DNA of 63,950 bases, the filler included, from Octopus bimaculoides (lineage: Eukaryota), in the NCBI RefSeq assembly GCF_001194135.2. It is 8 parts of 8 records of this genome, joined end to end, with 100 filler letters (N's around TTAATTAATTAA, not from the genome) between each part and the next. Parts side by side here need not be neighbours in the genome. Positions count along the whole stretch, not along the records: positions 17,259 to 43,106 come from NC_069008.1; positions 43,207 to 45,998 come from NC_068983.1; positions 46,099 to 54,519 come from NC_068989.1; 5 more parts are not named here. One strand, given 5' to 3'. Of the stretch, positions 38,562 through 48,785 are shown piece after piece; the first letter of the stretch is position 1, and every line of letters starts with the position of its first letter. The notes beneath the pieces were generated by a model. That model ran no database searches. It was not told the DNA's origin and saw only the letters and a program-made list of their open reading frames with translations. Position numbers and translations under genes: made by a program.

Positions 38562-38590
38562 CTGAAACAACAGGGAAACAATAAAAAAAA
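38562..38590 (-). promoter_or_regulatory. Putative 3' splice acceptor of the ZNF3 main exon
   Basis: Minus strand TTTCCCTGTTGTTTCAG|AATGCCAGATGACATA. Confidence 0.7.
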
Positions 38591-39380
38591 ACTAGAGAGG
38601 AGACAGAAAAAATAAATTTTGTGATTCAACAATGGAGTTTGCTCAGTATTTCTATAATGATAAACAATAGATAAATGCATGTGTGTGTGTTTGTCAATCA
38701 CTACTGCTTGGCTACAAATTTTGGTGTGTTTACATTTCCATAACTTAGCGGTTCAGCAAACAGATTGATGAAATAAGAACCAGGTATAAAAAAAACAGAA
38801 ACAAATATATAGTGGGGTCGATTTGCTTCCCAAAAATTCTTCAATGCATGCTAACGAAATATACATCTTATTCTTATGGAAGAAAATAAGGCGGCGTATT
38901 TTTCAGCATATTTTGGAAAAAAAAATTCTGAAAAAAGTGAAAAATGAAGGAAATGTGGGTGGGGGGAGGGGGTAATTTAGAAATATCGATTTTTGCCAAT
39001 TTTTTTGCAGATTCGTATCCCCCGAAAATGGAGTTTTGTGTCGAAATAAAAAAAAAAAAAATTAAGGGTAGTTTTTGGTGGGGACGAGCGTAGCCTCGAA
39101 AACGTTTCTCAAACAATTTTATTAAAAATATATACACGTTTAATTAAGTCTGCGAAGCGGGAGGGTGAAATTAAGAAGTAAAAAAAAAAAATTTAATCCC
39201 CACTCCCACACTGACTTGTTTCAGTCACTAGACTGTGTCTATGTTGGGGCACACGTCGAAGTATTTTAGCAGAACAAATTGACTTTTTTTAACCTGGTAC
39301 TTTGAATTGTGAAAAAAATTATGGGAAGACAAAATCGGAGGTGGGCAAACTTCTGTAGGTATTTCTCACTTAAGCATTTA

Positions 39381-39573
39381 TTTGTTTCGATCATTCTAGA
39401 AAATTAAGTTATTTTTGCCCATTTCCATTTCGTTTCGGCCATTCAAGATAGATTATTATGTTAGTACGTTCTACGTTTCGTTTCGCTCATTCAGGATAGC
39501 CAGGATATTTTTGTACATTCCTCATTTTCGATTCGGTTATTCAAGGTAACCAAGCTATTTTCGTGCATTTCCC
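39381..39573. repeat. Degenerate ~48-bp tandem repeat x4
   Basis: TTTCGTTTCG..CATTCA(A/G)GATAG-like units start at 39381, 39428, 39476 and 39526. Confidence 0.7.
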
Positions 39574-39858
39574 CATAATTACCGGTTTCATTTTATACCT
39601 CGCACACATTTCTTTTAGTCTTTTACTTGTTTCAATCATTTGACTGTGGCCATGCTGGAGCACCGCCTTTAGTCAAGCAAATCGAGGCACTATCATGCTA
39701 TTAGCTGTCAGAAGTGAAGTATCTGTCTGTCTGCCTGCCTGCCTGCATGCCTGTTGCTGGTTTGAGTCGATTCTTTGGCTACTGACAGCTAATACCATGA
39801 CTGGCCGGAGCGAGCTATATGTCTGTCTGTCTGTCTCTCTATCTATCTATTACTCGAA

Positions 39859-39900
39859 AGTTCGCGCGTCCGCGCTAGCTAGTCGTGAGTGGTCGATCCT
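39859..39900 (-). promoter_or_regulatory. Third copy of the 42-bp CpG-rich motif, upstream of ZNF3
   Basis: TCGCGCGTCCGCGCTAGCTAGTCGTGAGTGGTCGATCCT matches the 34614 copy at 34/39. Confidence 0.55.
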
Positions 39901-40419
39901 ATTATTTTTAAACTTCAAACTTCATTTGTTTTCTATTTTGATAAATTCTCTTTTTATATTTTAAATAATTTGCAATTTCAGGAAATATGTTTTTATATTA
40001 AATTTGTGTTTTCTACTNNNNNNNNNNNNNNNNNNNNNNNNNNNNNNNNNNNNNNNNNNNNNNNNNNNNNNNNNNNNNNNNNNNNNNNNNNNNNNNNNNN
40101 NNNNNNNNNNNNNNNNNNNNNNNNNNNNNNNNNNNNNNNNNNNNNNNNNNNNNNNNNNNNNNNNNNNNNNNNNNNNNNNNNNNNNNNNNNNNNNNNNNNN
40201 NNNNNNNNNNNNNNNNNNNNNNNNNNNNNNNNNNNNNNNNNNNNNNNNNNNNNNNNNNNNNNNNNNNNNNNNNNNNNNNNNNNNNNNNNNNNNNNNNNNN
40301 NNNNNNNNNNNNNNNNNNNNNNNNNNNNNNNNNNNNNNNNNNNNNNNNNNNNNNNNNNNNNNNNNNNNNNNNNNNNNNNNNNNNNNNNNNNNNNNNNNNA
40401 TAGCATGATAGTGCCCAAA

Positions 40420-40740
40420 TCGATCCCAGGACTTATTCTTTCTAAGCCTAGTACTTATTCTATCGATCGGTTTTGCCGAACCGCTAAGTTACGGGGACGT
40501 AAACACACCCGCATCGGTTGTCAAGCGATGTTGGGGGCACAAATACAGACACACAAACATATATATATGTATATACATATATACGACGGGCTTCTTTCAG
40601 TTTCCGTCTACCAAATCCACTCACAAGGCTTTAGTCGGCCAGAGGCTATAGTAGAAGACACTTGCCCAAGGTGCCACGCAGTGGGACTGAGCCCGGAACC
40701 ATGTGGTTAAGCAAGCTACTTACCACACAGCCACTCCTGT
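40420..40740 (-). mobile_element. SINE family A
   Basis: Reverse complement of the family A consensus, ending CACAGCCACTCCT. Confidence 0.88.
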
Positions 40741-41293
40741 CCCTAAAATCTCCATCTCCCATTATTCAATCTAGTTTTTAATTTCCAAACCCGAATGGTT
40801 GAATCCAAAGTAAATTTAGCTACCATTTCTTAGAGGGTCGGTCGGGCAACAACGTTGAGGGTTCCATCAGTGTCTCTAGCTGCTTTTAGCCCTGGGTCAG
40901 TTCAGCTCTGAACTGAGCCGATAATATTAAAGGCAACGTGTGTTCAAGGATGTTATAAATTCTATAACAGATCAATAAAAAAAGAACGTAACATTATATC
41001 GACGAACGAAGGAAAGATGATTGATTAAAAAGGAAATGAGTCCAACGGAACCTACCTCATGAAAAATCTGTATGCGTAGCGACAATTATCATCAAATACG
41101 ACGTAAAGAAACTAAAGACACATTATGAATGACGTACAGCAGTAAATGGAATTACTGAAGTTTCATTGGTCAGTTCAGGTCATCTAATTAACCACTGAGG
41201 AAGGATGTGAGGAGGTCTTGAAAGCATATTTTTGGGAGGTCAAAGTGGTGGATGAGTCGGATAAAAATATCTTCATGGTTCTTCACGTCTCAT

Positions 41294-41485
41294 ACTCTCT
41301 TTTACTTGTTTCGGTCATTTGACTGCGGCCATGCTGGAGCACCGCCTTTAGTCGAGCAAATCGACCCCAGGACTTATTCTTTGGAAGCCTAGTACTTACT
41401 CTATCAGTCTCTTATGCCTGACAGGTAAGTTACGAGGACGTAAACACACCAGCATCGGTTGTCAAGCGATGTTGGGGGGAGACAA

Positions 41486-41520
<35 letters not shown>

Positions 41521-41690
41521 CATATGTACGACGGTCTTCTTTCAGTTTCCGTCTACCAAATCCACTCACAAGGGTTTGGTCGTCCCGAGGCTATCGTAGA
41601 AGACACTTGCCCAAGGTGCCACGCAGTGGGACTGAACCTGGAACCATGTGGTTGGTAGGCAAGCTACTTACCACACAGCCACTCCTGCGC
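41294..41690 (-). mobile_element. SINE family A, full length
   Basis: CTCTTTTACTTGTTTCGG tail to CCACTCCTGCGC head. Confidence 0.9.
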
Positions 41691-42330
41691 GTTTTGACAA
41701 CGTCAGCTTTGTTTATTATGTTTTCGAAGCCATTATAACGAAAAATCCAGGTCAATTCACCCGTTTCATTATGGATCGAATAGACTGTAGCCAAAATCTA
41801 TCACGGCAGTATTTTTAGGACTCCAAAATAAGTTTAGCACCTTTTGTGACTGAAAATAACGAGGTTTCTACCATTTGGTGAGCAATATACACAAAACCAT
41901 GTGGCACCTACTTTTTTGCATCTTGGCGCTGGGTTACCTATTATGCAAAATAAACACATGTTTAGAGCACCAACGAAAGCGAAAGGGCACCACAGAAATG
42001 GTAAATGGCTTATGACACAACAATAATCACTTTGAACTTCATAAAATAATAATCGGGATGCCTTATCTCTACTAAGCTGATGTGTTACGTAAGAATTAAT
42101 TTTAAGGATCTGATCAACGATTTAGCATTTAAAAAATGCATGAGAAACTTTGCGAATATAATAAAGTGGAAATATACAAAAATAAAATATTATTTTCCAT
42201 CTTACTGGTTTGTTTCATTTTGAAAAATAAAATTTTATTTTATGGTTTATTGTTGTTTATATTTTGAATTTCATAAATATGGGGCACAAAAATCTCTGAA
42301 GTACTTAGGGCTTCTATGGATATTTATTGC

Positions 42331-42540
42331 TTTATTGCCCACAGAGAGCTAAACATAGAGGGGACAAACAAGGAGACACAATGGGATTAAGTCGATTACA
42401 TCGACCGCAGTGAGTAACTGGTACTTATTTAAGCGACCTTGAAAGGATAAAAGGCAAAGTCGACCTCAGAACGTAACGGCAGACGAAATATCGCTAAGCG
42501 TTTTGACCGTCGTGCTAAAGCTTCTGCCAGCTCGCCACCT
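42331..42540 (-). mobile_element. SINE family B with a short internal deletion
   Basis: Ends CTGCCAGCTCGCCACCT. GTCGACCTC is joined directly to AGAACGTA. Confidence 0.8.
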
Positions 42541-42743
42541 TGGGGCTTATAAGGATATTATTCCAGCCCTGGGTATAGACAAACAAGCACATTTATGGGT
42601 TTTAAGGGTTAAACTGCAATATACTTTGATTATCAGAAGATTAGCAATGTTGTTCGTGGCACAATATTTTTAAAATTATTTTTCACACAATAAGCACAGG
42701 ACTGGCTGTACAGGAAAAAGCTTGCTTGCCATCTACAGGGTTC

Positions 42744-43106
42744 CACACCATTGTATATAAGAGATACATTCAAGAATGTAAATAAGATCATGAATATTCA
42801 TGAGATATCATAGATATTTATCCTATAATGGTAAGATGAAATATTGTTTGTTATGACTTAAAGATTTATACTAAACTGTACAATTATGTTATGACAGAAT
42901 ATATATTTACCACCAGTGCCAAATGAATTGATACTAGCTTCTCTTTATTCTAGAAATATGTTAAATAAGAATATATCTGAGAATTCTGAAAGAATAGCTT
43001 TTTATTAAAAATATCATTTAGTTATGTCACCAATGTAGAGAGAGTTGTAGTTACGAAATTGTTCTCACACACACCATCATATCTTCTTTTACATTTAAAT
43101 ACATTT
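42744..43106 (-). repeat. Right arm of ~360-bp inverted repeat (partner 17280-17635)
   Basis: CACACCATTGTATATAAGAG...TTTAAATACATTT runs to the end of the piece. Confidence 0.92.
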
Positions 43107-43206
43107 NNNNNNNNNNNNNNNNNNNNNNNNNNNNNNNNNNNNNNNNNNNNTTAATTAATTAANNNNNNNNNNNNNNNNNNNNNNNNNNNNNNNNNNNNNN
43201 NNNNNN
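43107..43206. other. Artificial scaffold linker
   Basis: 44N-TTAATTAATTAA-44N. Confidence 0.97.
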
Positions 43207-43238
<32 letters not shown>

Positions 43239-43320
43239 ACATAAGGCTTATATGCATATTCATGAGAATCAATCTCTCATTCACTCACTCACTCACTCAC
43301 TCACTCACTCACTCACTCAC

Positions 43321-43355
<35 letters not shown>

Positions 43356-44266
43356 TTATTTATCTATCTATCTCTTTTTCTATCTACAGCATGAAGATTA
43401 GTTGAAGGAACAAGCCACTTTATAAAACTTGTCGAAAAATGTGACTTTATGTGAAGCAACTGTATCTCTTCTTCTAATACAGTGTACATCTTTCATTGGA
43501 TGGAATAATTCTTTTGCTGATCTTAAGGAAACAGTAAAATATGTATCTGCGTGTATATAAATGTGTGTGTGTGTGTTCGTATGTGTATGCGTATGTGTGT
43601 GTGTTCTGGGTTGTACCTCGAAGGGGAACTTTCTAGGTGCAATACCATGGTCATTCATGACCGGAGGGGGCTCCCATGTGTGTGTACATATATACACACA
43701 CACTTACACACGCTCACATATATATATACAGTTCTATATATAAGGGATGAGGAATTATGTACATTATTTACATTATTTACATTTGACGGATATTTGTCCT
43801 CATCTTGTTGTTTCGGCTGATATACTCTCCAGACTTCATCAGATGTCTTGGGGAAATTTCGAACCTGGGTTCTCATTCCTAAGGTATTTTTCGATGTTAT
43901 TACTATTATTATTTTTAAAAATTTTTATTCAGATCACTGCCTGGAATCGAACATATATATATATACATACATACACATATGCATATATCCATATATGCAC
44001 AGATGCCCAGATGTGCATACACATACAAACACGCACGCACTTACGCACACAGACACATACACACACACAAACATACCGATATATGTGTTTTTACATCTGT
44101 ATGAATGNNNNNNNNNNNNNNNNNNNNNNNNNNNNNNNNNNNNNNNNNNNNNNNNNNNNNNNNNNNNNNNNNNNNNNNNNNNNNNNNNNNNNNNNNNNNN
44201 NNNNNNNNNNNNNNNNNNNNNNNNNNNNNNNNNNNNNNNNNNNNNNNNNNNNNNNNNNNNNNNNNN

Positions 44267-44318
<52 letters not shown>

Positions 44319-44832
44319 GCATACACACACACTTTCACAGACACACACACACACACACACTTACACACGCACACACACACATATATATATATATACATAC
44401 ATACACATATGCATATATCCATATATGCACAGATGCCCAGATGTGCATACACATACAAACACGCACGCACTTACGCACACAGACACATACACACACACAA
44501 ACATACCGATATATGTGTTTTTACATCTGTATGAATGTATATGTATTCTAAATATGACGAAACTTTAGGGAATGGAATGCATATCTGTACCCATATAAGA
44601 TGTTCTCAAATGCAGTAACTGAAGGTATATATTACCGTAATCACATGCAAATCTTTAAATTCGCTAGGTTTAGATATGATAAACGATCTTTCTTTGTCGT
44701 TATATCTCCTTTTCATCTTATCAAAATGTGGTGATCAAAAATGCACTAAATTCTATCTATGTATATAAAATTGAGGATGTGAGTATATTTGTGTGTGTGT
44801 GTGTGTGTGTGTGTTTTGTGTGTGTCTGTGTG

Positions 44833-44865
<33 letters not shown>

Positions 44866-45074
44866 ATGTGTGTGTGTGTGTGTGTGTGTAAACCCGCATA
44901 ACTTCTGAAGTTCCCAACTGATTTTCTCCAAACTGGGAACATACACTAAGTATGTTCTAGACATGGTTTTAGGTTTAAAATGTTCCAGATAATGAATAAT
45001 GGGGTCTCTAGGCAGAAAACCCCTTTTTTGGGTAAGCAATACGTAACTTGGTTGCTTTGTTGGTTCAAGGGACA

Positions 45075-45660
45075 TTATTCTCTCTCTCCTCTTTCACTTC
45101 ACTCTCTCCCTTTTTCTGGTCCCTCCCTAATTATTCTGTCCTTCTGCCTCTCTTCTCTCTTCCCACGTGACCGGTGTTCCGCCAGGCCTGACCTTTTTTT
45201 CTTCGTTCGACTACCATCCGTGCCACATCTATATTTGTCAACATGCCAGTCATCTCTTCTGTCCCTCTGGTAAGGCTTCACTTTCACACACACCAGCTTA
45301 ATTTAACTCGTCCTTAGTCGAAATACATCTGTTATGTTATGTTATTTGCATTTGTAGTTGTGTACCATCTTCCTTTTTTTTTCGTCCTTGTTTTCGTATA
45401 TATTCGCTGCTTTCTTCCAAGGAATCTAATGCTTTTAAGTTAGTTTTTCCTTGGGGACGGCCAGATTAGAACAATCTCGAGAATAACCAGCCGAAATTGC
45501 AAAGATAATCTGGAACTCGACTGAGGAAAGAAACTTCGAATGACCCGTCCGTGTTTTTTCTTGTCCCTCTTTTGTATCATCTGTCTGGCTGTTTTTTTTT
45601 GTCCCGTTTTTGTATCATCTAGCTGTATGGATGTTTTGCGTTCTTGTCCCATGTTTTGTA
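45075..45660 (+). mobile_element. Repeat related to 53790-54445 (possible Penelope-like 3' terminus)
   Basis: A pyrimidine-rich block, then TTTGTAGTTGTGTACC...ACTGAGGAAAGAA...TTTGTATCATCT, homologous to the duplicated unit at 53403 and 54137. Confidence 0.5.
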
Positions 45661-45998
45661 TATATATATATATATTTAATGTTAATTCTCTAAATGAAGT
45701 ATTAACAGTAACTGCACGATAAAGTGTAGTATATTGTCACTTAAGTGTGGCTGACCCCTAGGGGTGGATGTTACTGTTGCTTTTAGCCCCAGGAGGACAT
45801 CTCCTCCAGCTGGCTTATCGACACACGACTGTGTCCTGTTTGCCAAGGGAGTTATCCCTCTCACCACGACCAGCAGCACGAACGTATCCGGATTTCAGGG
45901 TTATTTCCCTTCTTCGGCGTTCGACAGCTGATGACCTTGGTGAGAGAGAAAAACCTGGCAAAATCTTATATCTTCTTTTCCAGTGACATTCTTCACTG

Positions 45999-46098
45999 NN
46001 NNNNNNNNNNNNNNNNNNNNNNNNNNNNNNNNNNNNNNNNNNTTAATTAATTAANNNNNNNNNNNNNNNNNNNNNNNNNNNNNNNNNNNNNNNNNNNN
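45999..46098. other. Artificial scaffold linker
   Basis: 44N-TTAATTAATTAA-44N. Confidence 0.97.
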
Positions 46099-46231
46099 AC
46101 GCACAGCATATTTCCAAAGGTCTCAGTCAGAAGTCATCCCCTCGGTGAGGCCCAATGTTCGAAGGTCTTGCCTCATATATTATATAATATATATAATATA
46201 TATATATATATAATATATATATAATATGTAT

Positions 46232-46587
46232 ATATACTCTTTTACTCTTTTATTTGTTTCAGTCATTTTGACTGCGGCCATGCTGGAGCACTGCCTTAAG
46301 TCGAGCAAATCGACCCCAGGACTTATTCTTTGTAAGCCTAGTACTTATTCTATTGGTCTCTTTTGCTGAACCACTAAGTTACAGGGACGTAAACACACCA
46401 GCATCAGTTGTCAAGCAATGTTGGGGGGACAAACATACACAAACACACACACACATATACATACATATATATATACATATATATGACGGGCTTCTTTCAG
46501 TTTCCGTCTACCAAATCCACTCACAAGGTTTTGGTCAGCCCGAGGCTATAGTACAAGACACTTGCCCAAGGTGCCATGCAGTGGGAC
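46232..46587 (-). mobile_element. SINE family A, 5' truncated
   Basis: Family A sequence ending at GCAGTGGGAC. Confidence 0.85.
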
Positions 46588-46712
46588 TTTCAGATAGGGA
46601 CTGTCAGAATCTTATGCAAATTGTTAGAAAGAATCACAAAAGTACAGCTTCCAAAATTACTGCAGAGCTTAATGACCACTTCAAGAACCCAGTTTCCAGC
46701 AAGGGACAGCAA
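46588..46712 (+). mobile_element. Tc1 transposase HTH fragment
   Basis: LSDRDCQNLMQIVRKNHKSTASKITAELNDHFKNPVSSK resembles the second HTH of Tc1/Tc3 transposases. Confidence 0.65.
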
Positions 46713-47442
46713 TCAATGCACACTAGCAAACTGCCCCATCTATGACACAGATTTATGACAACGGGTATAGAATACAATGTAACAAATGCAACAAGTTCTA
46801 TGTGGGTACCACATGACTGTTACACATTCACATCAAAGAACATCTGAATATGAGAGCCTCCTCCTTCAGAAAACATCTAGACAGATGCGGGAACACCAAC
46901 AAAAGCATAACAGCCACAATTGAGGCCAATGAAAGAAATTTGGGTAATCTAAGAATTAAGGAATCTATCCTCATAGACTGACTAGGGCCCCAAATTAACA
47001 ACAGGCTAGAGGTTAGCAATCAGTATATTATTTAGCTACATCTGGATGTGTTTAAGTTCATTTTTGATAACATGCTCGTATATTATTCTTATAAAAAAAA
47101 GAAAGGAAGGAAAAAAGGAAACTGCACGTATAATACATAACTTAGAAGCAGTGCTATGGATGTGCCAGCACACACGAGCTTGAGACATGGCCACCCTTAT
47201 GCACTTCTCATGAGGAATTTTGGAAGGAGCTTCATGAGACACTTCTGGAAAAAAAAAACATTGGGAAACCGATTATAACAGTGACTTGATCACTTCCTAG
47301 GGACATCTGAATAAGGAATTTTTGTATTCCAAAATATTGTATCAGACTATGGATGATTAAATTATAAGTTATGATAGTCCGTTGTTGTGCATTGTTGTGC
47401 CATCCAAGACACATTATATTTTATATATATATATACATACAT

Positions 47443-47495
<53 letters not shown>

Positions 47496-47644
47496 CATAC
47501 ACACATACATACATGCATACATGCATACGTACATACATACATACATACATACATACATACATACATACATACATACATACATACAAGGTTACGCATGGAT
47601 ATGTTAGTAGAAAGCATTGTGATGATAGTAACATCAATCATCAA

Positions 47645-48050
47645 AGCAGCTTATCATAGATGAATAGCTGGTTTATTACCTCCCAGTTTGAAGGGTATGC
47701 TTTGCAATCCAGGAACAGAAAATATCAACCAAGTACCTGATGCACAAAAGAGACAGAGATGTGGGAAAAGCCATAAAATCTGACAACCAATGCAAACTTT
47801 GCTGAGTTCACACTGAAGATATCACCCACACCATAAGCAGTTGTCCAAAAGTGTCATCACAGTATTATCTACCAATGAGACATGACATTGTAGTGAGGAC
47901 ACTCTGTAATGATATCCGTCAGAAGGATAATCCTGAGGACAAAGAAATAAAAACCCACAATATGGTAGAAGCCATAGCCACTCATTATGAAAAGAAATAC
48001 TGGTGGAACGTACCAGTAAAGACCTCAATAAAATGTAAGCACAACAGCAT
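47645..48050 (+). mobile_element. R4/Dong-like (RLE-type) non-LTR retrotransposon C-terminal fragment
   Basis: FEGYA..IQEQKISTKY, then C-x2-C-x8-H-x4-C (CKLC*VHTEDITHTISSC) and the following Y..RHD motif. Confidence 0.65.
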
Positions 48051-48129
48051 TGAATGATGAAGCTTCCACTTTTTAATAGGTAGTATTTCACTACCATTGT
48101 CAGTACTTATGTCCCCACTATCAACCCAG

Positions 48130-48532
48130 ACACACTCAGCAATAAGTACTATAAAGACTTAAAAAGTTTTACAATCACTAATCCCAATACAGACAAGCTC
48201 ATTACTCTCAATAAACTTCAATGTGAGAATTAGTTGCTGCAGCACTCCTGGGATGGAGTAACTGGAAATTATGGGTCAGCAACTGCAGCATCTTGCACAG
48301 AACATGGTCTTGTGATTGCCAACACTGTCTTCTGCCTTTCTACCTGTACCAGGACATCATGAATGCATTCTGATTCACAGCAGTGGCATATTATCAACTA
48401 TCATTATAGGGAAAGAGAACAGGCAGGATGAATGAGTCATGAGAGCCGTGTGTGATGCAGAGTGTTGGATTGACCACCACTTAATTGTCATGAAGCTCAA
48501 ATTTTGTGTCCAACCAAAAAGACTTCCACGGG
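48130..48532 (+). mobile_element. RTE LINE APE-endonuclease fragment (degraded)
   Basis: SWDGVTG, CTEHGLVIANTVF, QWHII and AECWIDHHLIVMKL across frameshifts. Confidence 0.65.
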
Positions 48533-48785
48533 TATGACTGTGTGGTAAGAAACGTGCTTCCTAACCACATGGTTCCAGGTTCAGTCCCACTGTGTGACAC
48601 CTTGGGCAAGTGTCTTCTACTATAGCCCCAGGCCGACCAAAGTCTTGTGAGTGGATTTGTTAGATGGAAACTGAAAGAAGTCTGTCATATATATATATAT
48701 TTGTGTGTCTTTGTGTCTGTTTGTCACCCCTACCATTGCTTGACAACCAACGGTTGTGTATTTATGTCCCCATAAATGACTGAAA
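48533..48785 (+). mobile_element. SINE family A, 3' truncated
   Basis: Family A head and core. Confidence 0.8.

Noticed and set aside
43967-44540. ~140-bp duplicated (AC)/(AT)-rich block
   Set aside because: The identical copies lie either side of a gap, so this is probably an assembly artefact.
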